Below are positions 1 through 15,000 of a stretch of 64,000 nt of DNA, piece after piece; the first letter of the stretch is position 1, and each line of letters opens with the position of its first letter. The stretch lies in contig CAXHJY010000275.1 of the NCBI GenBank assembly GCA_964016885.1, positions 248,001-312,000 on the forward strand. The letters run 5' to 3'. This DNA comes from Eledone cirrhosa. Taxonomy: Eukaryota. A program made the position numbers and the translations under genes. Below the pieces are notes generated by a model, which ran no database searches, was not told the origin of the DNA, and saw nothing but the letters and a program-made list of their open reading frames with translations.

Positions 1-3000
1 GCAGTCTCTGTAGCTTCAGTGTAGTAGTGGTTAGTTGTAGCAGTCACTGTAGCTTTGGTGTAATACTGGTTAGTTGTAGCAGTCACTGTAGCTTTGGTGT
101 AATACGAGTTAGTTGTAGCAGTCACTGTAGCTTTGGTGTAGTACTGGTTCGTTGTAGCAGTCACTGTAGCTTTGGTGTAGTACTGGTTAGTTGTAGCAGT
201 CACTGTAGCTTTGGTGTAGTACTGGTTAGTTGTAGAAGTTACTGTAGCTTTGGTGTAATACTGGTTAGTTGTAGCAGTCCCTGTAGATTTGGTGTAGTAC
301 TGGTTAGTTGTGACAGTCACTGTAGCTTTGGTGTAGTACTGGTTAGTTGTAGCAGTCACTTTAGCTTTGGTGTAATACTGGTTAGTTGTGGCAGTCACTG
401 TAGCTTCAGTGTAGTACTGGTTAGTTGTAGCAGTCACTGTAGCTTTGGTGTAATACTGGTTAGTTGTAGCAGTCACTGTAGATTTGGTGTAGTACTGGTT
501 AGTTGTAGCAGTCACTTTAGCTTTGGTGTAATACTGGTTAGTTGTGGCAGTCACTGTAGCTTCAGTGTAGTACTGGTTAGTTGTAGCAGTCACTGTAGCT
601 TTGGTGTAATACTGGTTAGTTGTAGCAGTCACTGTAGCTTTGGTGTAATACTGGGTAGTTGTAGCAGTCACTGTAGCTTTGGTGTAGTACTAGTTAGTTG
701 TAGCAGTCACTGTAGCTTTTGTATAGTACTGGTTAGTTGTAACAGTCACTGTAGCTTTGGTGTTATACTGGTTAGTTGTAGCAGTCACTGTAGCTTTGGT
801 GTAATACTGGTTAGTTGTAGCAGTCACTGTAGCTTTGGTGTAATACTGGTTAGTTGTAGCAGTCACTGTAGATTTGGTGTAATACTGGTTAGTTGTAGCA
901 GTCACTGTAGCTTTGCTGTAGTACTGGTTAGTTGTAGCAGCCACTGCAGATTTGGTGTAATACTGGTTAGTTGTAGCAGTGACTGTAGCTTTGGTGTAAT
1001 ACTGGTTAGTTGTAGCAGTCACTGTAGCTTCTGTGCAATACTGGTTAGTTGTAGCAGTCACTGTAGCTTTGGTGTAATACTGGTTAGTTGTAACAGTCAC
1101 TGTAGCTTTGGTGTAATACTAGTTAGTTGTAACAGTCACTGTAGCTTTGGTGTGATACTAGTTAGTTGTAACAGTCACTGTAGCTTTGGTGTAGTACTGG
1201 TTAGTTGTAGCAGTCACTGTAGCTTTGGTGTAGTACTGGTTAGTTGTAGCAGTCACTGTAGCTTTGGTGTAATACTGGTTAGTTGTAGCAGTCACTGTAG
1301 ATTTGGTGTAGTACTGGTTAGTTGTAGCAGTTACTGTAGCTTTGGTGTAATACTGGTTAGTTGTAGCAGTCCCTGTAGATTTGGTGTAGTACTGGTTAGT
1401 TGTGACAGTCACTGTAGCTTTGGTGTAGTACTGGTTAGTTGTAGCAGTCACTTTAGCTTTGGTGTAATACTGGTTAGTTGTGGCAGTCACTGTAGCTTCA
1501 GTGTAGTACTGGTTAGTTGTAGCAGTCACTGTAGCTTTGGTGTAATACTGGTTAGTTGTAGCAGTCACTGTAGATTTGGTGTAGTACTGGTTAGTTGTAG
1601 CAGTCACTGTAGCTTTGGTGTAATACTGGTTAGTTGTAGCAGTCACTGTAGCTTTGGTGTAATACTGGTTAGTTGTAGCAGTCACTGTAGCTTTGGTGTA
1701 GTACTGGTTAGTTGTAGCAGTCACTGTAGCTTTGGTGTAGTACTGGTTAGTTGTAGCAGTCACTGTAGCTTTGGTGTAGTACTGGTTAGTTGTAGCAGTC
1801 ACTGTAGCTTTGGTGTAATACTGGTTAGTTGTATCAGTCACTGTAGCTTTGGTGTAATACTAGTTAGTTGTAGCAGTCACTGCAGCTTTGGTGTAGTACT
1901 GGTTAGTTGTAGCAGTCACTGTAGCTTTGGTGTAATACTGGTTAGTTGTAGCAGTCACTGTTTTTTGGTGTAGTACTGGTTAGTTGTAGCAGTCACTGTT
2001 TTTTTGGTGTAGTACTGGTTAGTTGTAGCAGTCAGTGTAGTATTGGTTAGTTGTAGCATTCACTGTAGCTTTGGTGTAATACTGGTTAGTTGTAGCAATC
2101 ACTGTAGCTTTGGTGTAATACTGGTTAGTTGTGGCAGTCTCTGTAGCTTCAGTGTAGTAGTGGTTAGTTGTAGCAGTCACTGTAGCTTTGGTGTAATACT
2201 GGTTAGTTGTAGCAGTCACTGTAGCTTTGGTGTAATACGAGTTAGTTGTAGCAGTCACTGTAGCTTTGGTGTAGTACTGGTTAGTTGTAGCAGTCACTGT
2301 AGCTTTGGTGTAGTACTGGTTAGTTGTAGCAGTCACTGTAGCTTTGGTGTAGTACTGGTTAGTTGTAGAAGTTACTGTAGCTTTGGTGTAATACTGGTTA
2401 GTTGTAGCAGTCCCTGTAGATTTGGTGTAGTACTGGTTAGTTGTGACAGTCACTGTAGCTTTGGTGTAGTACTGGTTAGTTGTAGCAGTCACTTTAGCTT
2501 TGGTGTAATACTGGTTAGTTGTGGCAGTCACTGTAGCTTCAGTGTAGTACTGGTTAGTTGTAGCAGTCACTGTAGCTTTGGTGTAATACTGGTTAGTTGT
2601 AGCAGTCACTGTAGATTTGGTGTAGTACTGGTTAGTTGTAGCAGTCACTTTAGCTTTGGTGTAATACTGGTTAGTTGTGGCAGTCACTGTAGCTTCAGTG
2701 TAGTACTGGTTAGTTGTAGTAGTCACTGTAGCTTTGGTGTAATACTGGTTAGTTGTAGCAGTCACTGTAGCTTTGGTGTAATACTGGGTAGTTGTAGCAG
2801 TCACTGTAGCTTTGGTGTAGTACTAGTTAGTTGTAGCAGTCACTGTAGCTTTTGTATAGTACTGGTTAGTTGTAACAGTCACTGTAGCTTTGGTGTTATA
2901 CTGGTTAGTTGTAGCAGTCACTGTAGCTTTGGTGTAATACTGGTTAGTTGTAGCAGTCACTGTAGCTTTGGTGTAATACTGGTTAGTTGTAGCAGTCACT

Positions 3001-6000
3001 GTAGATTTGGTGTAATACTGGTTAGTTGTAGCAGTCACTGTAGCTTTGCTGTAGTACTGGTTAGTTGTAGCAGCCACTGCAGATTTGGTGTAATACTGGT
3101 TAGTTGTAGCAGTGACTGTAGCTTTGGTGTAATACTGGTTAGTTGTAGCAGTCACTGTAGCTTCAGTGCAATACTGGTTAGTTGTAGCAGTCTCTGTAGC
3201 TTTGGTGTAGTACTGGTTAGTTGTGACAGTCACTGTAGCTTTGGTGTAGTACTGGTTAGTTGTAGCAGTCACTGTAGCTTTGGTGTAATACTGGTTAGTT
3301 GTAGCACTCACTGTAGCTTTGGTGTAGTACTAGTTAGTTGTAGCAGTCACTGTAGCTTTGGTGTAGTACTGGTTAGTTGTAGCAGTCACTGTAGCTTTGG
3401 TGTAGTACTGGTTAGTTGTAGCATTCACTGAAACTTTGGTGTAATACTGGTTAGTTGTAGCAGTCACTGTAGCTTTGGTGTAGTACTGGTTAGTTGTAGC
3501 AGTCACTGTAGCTTTGGTGTAGTACTGGTTAGTTGTAGCAGTCACTGTAGCTTTGGTGTAGTACTGGTTAGTTGTAACAGTGACTGTAGCTTTGGTGTAA
3601 TACTGGTTAGTTGTAGCAGTCACTGTAGCTTCAGTGCAATACTGGTTAGTTGTAGCAGTCTCTGTAGCTTTGGTGTAGTACTGGTTAGTTGTGACAGTCA
3701 CTGTAGCTTTGGTGTAGTTCTGGTTAGTTGTAGCAGTCACTGTAGCTTTGGTGTAATACTGGTTAGTTGTAGCACTCACTGTAGCTTTGGTGTAGTACTA
3801 GTTAGTTGTAGCAGTCACTGTAGCTTTGGTGTAGTACTGGTTAGTTGTAGCAGTCACTGTAGCTTTGGTGTAGTACTGGTTAGTTGTAGCATTCACTGCA
3901 ACTTTGGTGTAATACTGGTTAGTTGTAACAGTCACTGTAGCTTTGGTGTAGTACTGGGTAGTTGTATCAGTCACTGTAGCTTTGGTGTAATACTAGTTAG
4001 TTGTAACAGTCACTGTAGCTTTGGTGTAATACTGGTTAGTTGTAACAATCACTGTAGCTTTGGTGTAATACTAGTTAGTTGTAACAGTCACTGTAGCTTT
4101 GGTGTAATACTAGTTAGTTGTAACAGTCACTGTAGCTTTGGTGTAATACTGGTTAGTTGTAGCAGTCACTGTAGCTTTGGTGTAGTACTGGTTAGTTGTA
4201 GCAGTCACTGTAGCTTTGGTGTAGTACTGGTTAGTTGTAGCAGTCACTGTAGCTTTGGTGTAATACTAGTTAGTTGTAGCAGTCACTGTAGCTTTGGTGT
4301 AGTACTAGTTCGTTGTAGCTTCAGTGAAGTACTGGTTAGTTGTAGCAGTCACTGTAGCTTTGGTGTAGTACTGGTTAGTTGTAGCAGTCTCTGTAGCTTT
4401 GGTGTAGTACTGGTTAGTTGTGACAGTCACTGTAGCTTTGGTGTAGTACTGGTTAGTTGTAGCAGTCACTGTAGCTTTGGTGTAATACTGGTTAGTTGTA
4501 GCACTCACTGTAGCTTTGGTGTAGTACTAGTTAGTTGTAGCAGTCACTGTAGCTTTGGTGTAATACTAGTTAGTTGTAACAGTCACTGTAGCTTTGGTGT
4601 AATACTGGTTAGTTGTAGCAGTCACTGTAGCTTTGGTGTAGTACTGGTTAGTTGTAGCAGTCAGTGTAGCTTTGGTGTAGTACTGGTTAGTTGTAGCAGT
4701 CACTGTAGCTTTGGTGTAGTACTGGTTAGTTGTAGCAGTCACTGTAGCTTTGGTGTAATACTGGTTAGTTGTAGCAGTCACTGTAGCTTTGGTGTAGTAC
4801 TGGTTAGTTGTAGCAGTCACTGTAGCTTTGGTGTAATACTAGTTAGTTGTAGCAGTCACTGTAGCTTTGGTGTAGTACTAGTTCGTTGTAGCTTCAGTGA
4901 AGTACTGGTTAGTTGTAGCAGTCACTGTAGCTTTGGTGTAGTACTCGTTAGTTGTAGCATTCACTGCAACTTTGGTGTAATACTGGTTAGTTGTAGCAGT
5001 CACTGTAGCTTTGGTGTAATACTGGTTAGTTGTAGCAGTCACTGTAGCTTTGGTGTAGTACTGGTTAGTTGTAGCAGTCACTGTAGCTTTGGTGTAGTAC
5101 TGGTTAGTTGTAGCAGTCACTGTAGCTTTGGTGTAGTACTGGTTAGTTGTAGCAGTCACTGTAGCTTTGGTGTAATACTGGTTAGTTGTAGCAGTCACTG
5201 TAGCTTTGGTGTAGTACTGGTTAGTTGTAGCAGTCACTGTAGCTTTGGTGTAATACTGGTTAGTTGCAGCACTCACTGTAGCTTTGGTGTAGTACTAGTT
5301 AGTTGTAGCAGTCACTGTAGCTTTGGTGTAGTACTGGTTAGTTGTAGCAGTCACTGTCGCTTTGGTGTAGTACTGGTTAGTTGTAGCAGTCACTGTAGCT
5401 TTGGTGTAGTACTGGTTAGTTGTAGCACTCACTGTAGCTTTGGTGTAGTACTAGTTAGTTGTAGCAGTCACTGTATCTTTGGTGTAGTACTGGTTAGTTG
5501 TAGCAGTCACTGTAGCTTTGGTGTAGTACTGGGTAGTTGTATCAGTCACTGTAGCTTTGGTGTAATACTAGTTAGTTGTAACAGTCACTGTAGCTTTGGT
5601 GTAATACTAGTTAGTTGTAACAGTCACTGTAGCTTTGGTGTAATACTGGTTAGTTGTAACAGTCACTGTAGCTTTGGTGTAATACTAGTTAGTTGTAACA
5701 GTCACTGTAGCTTTGGTGTGATACTAGTTAGTTGTAACAGTCACTGTAGCTTTGGTGTAATACTGGTTAGTTGTAGCAGTCACTGTAGCTTTGGTGTAGT
5801 ACTGGTTAGTTGTAGCAGTCACTGTAGCTTTGGTGTAATACTGGTTAGTTGTAGCAGTCACTGTTGATTTGGTGTAGTACTGGTTAGTTGTAGCAGTTAC
5901 TGTAGCTTTGGTGTAATACTGGTTAGTTGTAGCAGTCCCTGTAGATTTGGTGTAGTACTGGTTAGTTGTGACAGTCACTGTAGCTTTGGTGTAGTACTGG

Positions 6001-9000
6001 TTAGTTGTAGCAGTCACTTTAGCTTTGGTGTAATACTGGTTAGTTGTGGCAGTCACTGTAGCTTCAGTGTAGTACTGGTTAGTTGTAGCAGTCACTGTAG
6101 CTTTGGTGTAGTACTGGTTAGTTGTAGCAGTCACTGTAGATTTGGTGTAGTACTGGTTAGTTGTAGCAGTCACTGTAGCTTTGGTGTAATACTGGTTAGT
6201 TGTAGCAGTCACTGTAGCTTTGGTGTAATACTGGTTAGTTGTAGCAGTCACTGTAGCTTTGGTGTAGTACTGGTTAGTTGTAGCAGTCACTGTAGCTTTG
6301 GTGTAGTACTGGTTAGTTGTAGCAGTCACTGTAGCTTTGGTGTAGTACTGGTTAGTTGTAGCAGTCACTGTAGCTTTGGTGTAATACTGGTTAGTTGTAT
6401 CAGTCACTGTAGCTTTGGTGTAATACTAGTTAGTTGTAGCAGTCACTGCAGCTTTGGTGTAGTACTGGTTAGTTGTAGCAGTCAGTGTAGTATTGGTTAG
6501 TTGTAGCATTCACTGTAGCTTCAGTGTAATACTGGTTAGTTGTAGCAATCACTGTAGCTTTGGTGTAATACTGGTTAGTTGTGGCAGTCTCTGTAGCTTC
6601 AGTGTAGTAGTGGTTAGTTGTAGCAGTCACTGTAGCTTTGGTGTAATACTGGTTAGTTGTAGCAGTCACTGTAGCTTTGGTGTAATACGAGTTAGTTGTA
6701 GCAGTCACTGTAGCTTTGGTGTAGTACTGGTTAGTTGTAGCAGTCACTGTAGCTTTGTTGTAGTACTGGTTAGTTGTAGCAGTCACTGTAGCTTTGGTGT
6801 AGTACTGGTTAGTTGTAGCAGTTACTGTAGCTTTGGTGTAATACTGGTTAGTTGTAGCAGTCCCTGTAGATTTGGTGTAGTACTGGTTAGTTGTGACAGT
6901 CACTGTAGCTTTGGTGTAGTACTGGTTAGTTGTAGCAGTCACTTTAGCTTTGGTGTAATACTGGTTAGTTGTGGCAGTCACTGTAGCTTCAGTGTAGTAC
7001 TGGTTAGTTGAAGCAGTCACTGTAGCTTTGGTGTAATACTGGTTAGTTGTAGCAGTCACTGTAGATTTGGTGTAGTACTGGTTAGTTGTAGCAGTCACTT
7101 TAGCTTTGGTGTAATACTGGTTAGTTGTGGCAGTCACTGTAGCTTCAGTGTAGTACTGGTTAGTTGTAGCAGTCACTGTAGCTTTGGTGTAATACTGGTT
7201 AGTTGTAGCAGTCACTGTAGCTTTGGTGTAATACTGGGTAGTTGTAGCAGTCACTGTAGCTTTGGTGTAGTACTAGTTAGTTGTAGCAGTCACTGTAGCT
7301 TTTGTATAGTACTGGTTAGTTGTAACAGTCACTGTAGCTTTGGTGTAATACTGGTTAGTTGTAGCAGTCACTGTAGCTTTGGTGTAATACTGGTTAGTTG
7401 TAGCAGTCACTGTAGATTTGGTGTAATACTGGTTAGTTGTAGCAGTCACTGTAGCTTTGCTGTAGTACTGGTTAGTTGTAGCAGCCACTGCAGATTTGGT
7501 GTAATACTGGTTAGTTGTAGCAGTGACTGTAGCTTTGGTGTAATACTGGTTAGTTGTAGCAGTCACTGTAGCTTCAGTGCAATACTGGTTAGTTGTAGCA
7601 GTCTCTGTAGCTTTGGTGTAGTACTGGTTAGTTGTGACAGTCACTGTAGCTTTGGTGTAGTACTGGTTAGTTGTAGCAGTCACTGTAGCTTTGGTGTAAT
7701 ACTGGTTAGTTGTAGCACTCACTGTAGCTTTGGTGTAGTACTAGTTAGTTGTAGCAGTCACTGTAGCTTTGGTGTAGTACTGGTTAGTTGTAGCAGTCAC
7801 TGTAGCTTTGGTGTAGTACTGGTTAGTTGTAGCATTCACTGCAACTTTGGTGTAATACTGGTTAGTTGTAGCAGTCACTGTAGCTTTGGTGTAGTACTGG
7901 TTAGTTGTAGCAGTCACTGTAGCTTTGGTGTAGTACTGGTTAGTTGTAGCAGTCACTGTAGCTTTGGTGTAGTACTGGTTAGTTGTAACAGTCGCTGTAG
8001 CTTTGGTGTAGTACTGGGTAGTTGTATCAGTCACTGTAGCTTTGGTGTAATACTAGTTAGTTGTCACAGTCACTGTAGCTTTGGTGTAATACTAGTTAGT
8101 TGTAACAGTCACTGTAGCTTTGGTGTAATACTGGTTAGTTGTAACAATCACTGTAGCTTTGGTGTAATACTAGTTAGTTGTAACAGTCACTGTAGCTTTG
8201 GTGTAATACTAGTTAGTTGTAACAGTCACTGTAGCTTTGGTGTAATACTGGTTAGTTGTAGCAGTCACTGTAGCTTTGGTGTAGTACTGGTTAGTTGTAG
8301 CAGTCACTGTAGCTTTGGTGTAGTACTGGTTAGTTGTAGCAGTCACTGTAGCTTTGGTGTAGTACTGGTTAGTTGTAGCAGTCACTGTAGCTTTGGTGTA
8401 ATACTAGTTAGTTGTAGCAGTCACTGTAGCTTTGGTGTAGTACTAGTTCATTGTAGCTTCAGTGAAGTACTGGTTAGTTGTAGCAGTCACTGTAGCTTTG
8501 GTGTAATACTAGTTAGTTGTAACAGTCACTGTAGCTTTGGTGTAATACTAGTTAGTTGTAACAGTCACTGTAGCTTTGGTGTAATACTGGTTAGTTGTAA
8601 CAGTCACTGTAGCTTTGGTGTAATACTAGTTAGTTGTAACAGTCACTGTAGCTTTGGTGTGATACTAGTTAGTTGTAACAGTCACTGTAGCTTTGGTGTA
8701 ATACTGGTTAGTTGTAGCAGTCACTGTAGCTTTGGTGTAGTACTGGTTAGTTGTAGCAGTCACTGTAGCTTTGGTGTAATACTGGTTAGTTGTAGCAGTC
8801 ACTGTAGATTTGGTGTAGTACTGGTTAGTTGTAGCAGTTACTGTAGCTTTGGTGTAATACTGGTTAGTTGTAGCAGTACCTGTAGATTTGGTGTAGTACT
8901 GATTAGTTGTGACAGTCACTGTAGCTTTGGTGTAGTACTGGTTAGTTGTAGCAGTCACTTTAGCTTTGGTGTAATACTGGTTAGTTGTGGCAGTCACTGT

Positions 9001-12000
9001 AGCTTCAGTGTAGTACTGGTTAGTTGTAGCAGTCACTGTAGCTTTGGTGTAATACTGGTTAGTTGTAGCAGTCACTGTAGCTTCAGTGCAATACTGGTTA
9101 GTTGTAGCAGTCTCTGTAGCTTTGGTGTAGTACTGGTTAGTTGTAGCAGTCACTGTAGCTTTGGTGTAATACTAGTTAGTTGTAGCAGTCACTGTAGCTT
9201 TGGTGTAGTACTAGTTCATTGTAGCTTCAGTGAAGTACTGGTTAGTTGTAGCAGTCACTGTAGCTTTGGTGTAATACTAGTTAGTTTTAACAGTCACTGC
9301 AGCTTTGGTGTAATACTAGTTAGTTGTAACAGTCACTGTAGCTTTGGTGTAATACTGGTTAGTTGTAACAGTCACTGTAGCTTTGGTGTAATACTAGTTA
9401 GTTGTAACAGTCACTGTAGCTTTGGTGTGATACTAGTTAGTTGTAACAGTCACTGTAGCTTTGGTGTAATACTGGTTAGTTGTAGCAGTCACTGTAGCTT
9501 TGGTGTAGTACTGGTTAGTTGTAGCAGTCACTGTAGCTTTGGTGTAATACTGGTTAGTTGTAGCAGTCACTGTAGATTTGGTGTAGTACTGGTTAGTTGT
9601 AGCAGTTACTGTAGCTTTGGTGTAATACTGGTTAGTTGTAGCAGTACCTGTAGATTTGGTGTAGTACTGGTTAGTTGTGACAGTCACTGTAGCTTTGGTG
9701 TAGTACTGGTTAGTTGTAGCAGTCACTTTAGCTTTGGTGTAATACTGGTTAGTTGTGGCAGTCACTGTAGCTTCAGTGTAGTACTGGTTAGTTGTAGCAG
9801 TCACTGTAGCTTTGGTGTAATACTGGTTAGTTGTAGCAGTCACTGTAGATTTGGTGTAGTACTGGTTAGTTGTAGCAGTCACTGTAGCTTTGGTGTAATA
9901 CTGGTTAGTTGTAGCAGTCACTGTAGCTTTGGTGTAATACTGGTTAGTTGTAGCAGTCACTGTAGCTTTGGTGTAGTACTGGTTAGTTGTAGCAGTCACT
10001 GTAGCTTTGGTGTAGTACTGGTTAGTTGTAGCAGTCACTGTAGCTTTGGTGTAGTACTGGTTAGTTGTAGCAGTCACTGTAGCTTTGGTGTAATACTGGT
10101 TAGTTGTATCAGTCACTGTAGCTTTGGTGTAATACTAGTTAGTTGTAGCAGTCACTGCAGCTTTGGTGTAGTACTGGTTAGTTGTAGCAGTCACTGTAGC
10201 TTTGGTGTAATACTGGTTAGTTGTAGCAGTCACTGTTTTTTTGGTGTAGTACTGGTTAGTTGTAGCAGTCACTGTTTTTTTGGTGTAGTACTGGTTAGTT
10301 GTAGCAGTCAGTGTAGTATTGGTTAGTTGTAGCATTCACTGTAGCTTTGGTGTAATACTGGTTAGTTGTAGCAATCACTGTAGCTTTGGTGTAATACTGG
10401 TTAGTTGTGGCAGTCTCTGTAGCTTCAGTGTAGTAGTGGTTAGTTGTAGCAGTCACTGTAGCTTTGGTGTAATACTGGTTAGTTGTAGCAGTCACTGTAG
10501 CTTTGGTGTAATACGAGTTAGTTGTAGCAGTCACTGTAGCTTTGGTGTAGTACTGGTTAGTTGTAGCAGTCACTGTAGCTTTGGTGTAGTACTGGTTAGT
10601 TGTAGCAGTCACTGTAGCTTTGGTGTAGTACTGGTTAGTTGTAGCAGTCACTGTAGCTTTGGTGTAGTACTGGTTAGTTGTAGCAGTCACTGTAGCTTTG
10701 GTGTAGTACTGGTTAGTTGTAGAAGTTACTGTAGCTTTGGTGTAATACTGGTTAGTTGTAGCAGTCCCTGTAGATTTGGTGTAGTACTGGTTAGTTGTGA
10801 CAGTCACTGTAGCTTTGGTGTAGTACTGGTTAGTTGTAGCAGTCACTTTAGCTTTGGTGTAATACTGGTTAGTTGTGGCAGTCACTGTAGCTTCAGTGTA
10901 GTACTGGTTAGTTGTAGCAGTCACTGTAGCTTTGGTGTAGTACTGGTTAGTTGTAGCAGTCACTGTAGCTTTGGTGTAGTACTGGTTAGTTGTAGCAGTC
11001 ACTGTAGCTTTGGTGTAGTACTGGTTAGTTGTAGCAGTCACTGTAGCTTTGGTGTAATACTAGTTAGTTGTAGCAGTCACTGTAGCTTTGGTGTAGTACT
11101 AGTTCATTGTAGCTTCAGTGAAGTACTGGTTAGTTGTAGCAGTCACTGTAGCTTTGGTGTAATACTAGTTAGTTGTAACAGTCACTGTAGCTTTGGTGTA
11201 ATACTAGTTAGTTGTAACAGTCACTGTAGCTTTGGTGTAATACTGGTTAGTTGTAACAGTCACTGTAGCTTTGGTGTAATACTAGTTAGTTGTAACAGTC
11301 ACTGTAGCTTTGGTGTGATACTAGTTAGTTGTAACAGTCACTGTAGCTTTGGTGTAATACTGGTTAGTTGTAGCAGTCACTGTAGCTTTGGTGTAGTACT
11401 GGTTAGTTGTAGCAGTCACTGTAGCTTTGGTGTAATACTGGTTAGTTGTAGCAGTCACTGTAGATTTGGTGTAGTACTGGTTAGTTGTAGCAGTTACTGT
11501 AGCTTTGGTGTAATACTGGTTAGTTGTAGCAGTACCTGTAGATTTGGTGTAGTACTGATTAGTTGTGACAGTCACTGTAGCTTTGGTGTAGTACTGGTTA
11601 GTTGTAGCAGTCACTTTAGCTTTGGTGTAATACTGGTTAGTTGTGGCAGTCACTGTAGCTTCAGTGTAGTACTGGTTAGTTGTAGCAGTCACTGTAGCTT
11701 TGGTGTAATACTGGTTAGTTGTAGCAGTCACTGTAGATTTGGTGTAGTACTGGTTAGTTGTAGCAGTCACTGTAGCTTTGGTGTAGTACTGGTTAGTTGT
11801 AGCAGTCACTGTAGCTTTGGTGTAATACTGGTTAGTTGTAGCAGTCACTGTTGATTTGGTGTAGTACTGGTTAGTTGTAGCAGTTACTGTAGCTTTGGTG
11901 TAATACTGGTTAGTTGTAGCAGTCCCTGTAGATTTGGTGTAGTACTGGTTAGTTGTGACAGTCACTGTAGCTTTGGTGTAGTACTGGTTAGTTGTAGCAG

Positions 12001-15000
12001 TCACTTTAGCTTTGGTGTAATACTGGTTAGTTGTGGCAGTCACTGTAGCTTCAGTGTAGTACTGGTTAGTTGTAGCAGTCACTGTAGCTTTGGTGTAGTA
12101 CTGGTTAGTTGTAGCAGTCACTGTAGATTTGGTGTAGTACTGGTTAGTTGTAGCAGTCACTGTAGCTTTGGTGTAATACTGGTTAGTTGTAGCAGTCACT
12201 GTAGCTTTGGTGTAATACTGGTTAGTTGTAGCAGTCACTGTAGCTTTGGTGTAATACTGGTTAGTTGTAGCAGTCACTGTAGCTTTGGTGTAGTACTGGT
12301 TAGTTGTAGCAGTCACTGTAGCTTTGGTGTAGTACTGGTTAGTTGTAGCAGTCACTGTAGCTTTGGTGTAGTACTGGTTAGTTGTAGCAGTCACTGTAGC
12401 TTTGGTGTAATACTGGTTAGTTGTATCAGTCACTGTAGCTTTGGTGTAATACTAGTTAGTTGTAGCAGTCACTGCAGCTTTGGTGTAGTACTGGTTAGTT
12501 GTAGCAGTCAGTGTAGTATTGGTTAGTTGTAGCATTCACTGTAGCTTCAGTGTAATACTGGTTAGTTGTAGCAATCACTGTAGCTTTGGTGTAATACTGG
12601 TTAGTTGTGGCAGTCTCTGTAGCTTCAGTGTAGTAGTGGTTAGTTGTAGCAGTCACTGTAGCTTTGGTGTAATACTGGTTAGTTGTAGCAGTCACTGTAG
12701 CTTTGGTGTAATACGAGTTAGTTGTAGCAGTCACTGTAGCTTTGGTGTAGTACTGGTTAGTTGTAGCAGTCACTGTAGCTTTGTTGTAGTACTGGTTAGT
12801 TGTAGCAGTCACTGTAGCTTTGGTGTAGTACTGGTTAGTTGTAGCAGTTACTGTAGCTTTGGTGTAATACTGGTTAGTTGTAGCAGTCCCTGTAGATTTG
12901 GTGTAGTACTGGTTAGTTGTGACAGTCACTGTAGCTTTGGTGTAGTACTGGTTAGTTGTAGCAGTCACTTTAGCTTTGGTGTAATACTGGTTAGTTGTGG
13001 CAGTCACTGTAGCTTCAGTGTAGTACTGGTTAGTTGAAGCAGTCACTGTAGCTTTGGTGTAATACTGGTTAGTTGTAGCAGTCACTGTAGATTTGGTGTA
13101 GTACTGGTTAGTTGTAGCAGTCACTTTAGCTTTGGTGTAATACTGGTTAGTTGTGGCAGTCACTGTAGCTTCAGTGTAGTACTGGTTAGTTGTAGCAGTC
13201 ACTGTAGCTTTGGTGTAATACTGGTTAGTTGTAGCAGTCACTGTAGCTTTGGTGTAATACTGGGTAGTTGTAGCAGTCACTGTAGCTTTGGTGTAGTACT
13301 AGTTAGTTGTAGCAGTCACTGTAGCTTTTGTATAGTACTGGTTAGTTGTAACAGTCACTGTAGCTTTGGTGTAATACTGGTTAGTTGTAGCAGTCACTGT
13401 AGCTTTGGTGTAATACTGGTTAGTTGTAGCAGTCACTGTAGATTTGGTGTAATACTGGTTAGTTGTAGCAGTCACTGTAGCTTTGCTGTAGTACTGGTTA
13501 GTTGTAGCAGCCACTGCAGATTTGGTGTAATACTGGTTAGTTGTAGCAGTGACTGTAGCTTTGGTGTAATACTGGTTAGTTGTAGCAGTCACTGTAGCTT
13601 CAGTGCAATACTGGTTAGTTGTAGCAGTCTCTGTAGCTTTGGTGTAGTACTGGTTAGTTGTGACAGTCACTGTAGCTTTGGTGTAGTACTGGTTAGTTGT
13701 AGCAGTCACTGTAGCTTTGGTGTAATACTGGTTAGTTGTAGCACTCACTGTAGCTTTGGTGTAGTACTAGTTAGTTGTAGCAGTCACTGTAGCTTTGGTG
13801 TAGTACTGGTTAGTTGTAGCAGTCACTGTAGCTTTGGTGTAGTACTGGTTAGTTGTAGCATTCACTGCAACTTTGGTGTAATACTGGTTAGTTGTAGCAG
13901 TCACTGTAGCTTTGGTGTAGTACTGGTTAGTTGTAGCAGTCACTGTAGCTTTGGTGTAGTACTGGTTAGTTGTAGCAGTCACTGTAGCTTTGGTGTAGTA
14001 CTGGTTAGTTGTAACAGTCGCTGTAGCTTTGGTGTAGTACTGGGTAGTTGTATCAGTCACTGTAGCTTTGGTGTAATACTAGTTAGTTGTCACAGTCACT
14101 GTAGCTTTGGTGTAATACTAGTTAGTTGTAACAGTCACTGTAGCTTTGGTGTAATACTGGTTAGTTGTAACAATCACTGTAGCTTTGGTGTAATACTAGT
14201 TAGTTGTAACAGTCACTGTAGCTTTGGTGTAATACTAGTTAGTTGTAACAGTCACTGTAGCTTTGGTGTAATACTGGTTAGTTGTAGCAGTCACTGTAGC
14301 TTTGGTGTAGTACTGGTTAGTTGTAGCAGTCACTGTAGCTTTGGTGTAGTACTGGTTAGTTGTAGCAGTCACTGTAGCTTTGGTGTAGTACTGGTTAGTT
14401 GTAGCAGTCACTGTAGCTTTGGTGTAATACTAGTTAGTTGTAGCAGTCACTGTAGCTTTGGTGTAGTACTAGTTCATTGTAGCTTCAGTGAAGTACTGGT
14501 TAGTTGTAGCAGTCACTGTAGCTTTGGTGTAATACTAGTTAGTTGTAACAGTCACTGTAGCTTTGGTGTAATACTAGTTAGTTGTAACAGTCACTGTAGC
14601 TTTGGTGTAATACTGGTTAGTTGTAACAGTCACTGTAGCTTTGGTGTAATACTAGTTAGTTGTAACAGTCACTGTAGCTTTGGTGTGATACTAGTTAGTT
14701 GTAACAGTCACTGTAGCTTTGGTGTAATACTGGTTAGTTGTAGCAGTCACTGTTTTTTTGGTGTAGTACTGGTTAGTTGTAGCAGTCACTGTTTTTTTGG
14801 TGTAGTACTGGTTAGTTGTAGCAGTCAGTGTAGTATTGGTTAGTTGTAGCATTCACTGTAGCTTTGGTGTAATACTGGTTAGTTGTAGCAATCACTGTAG
14901 CTTTGGTGTAATACTGGTTAGTTGTGGCAGTCTCTGTAGCTTCAGTGTAGTAGTGGTTAGTTGTAGCAGTCACTGTAGCTTTGGTGTAATACTGGTTAGT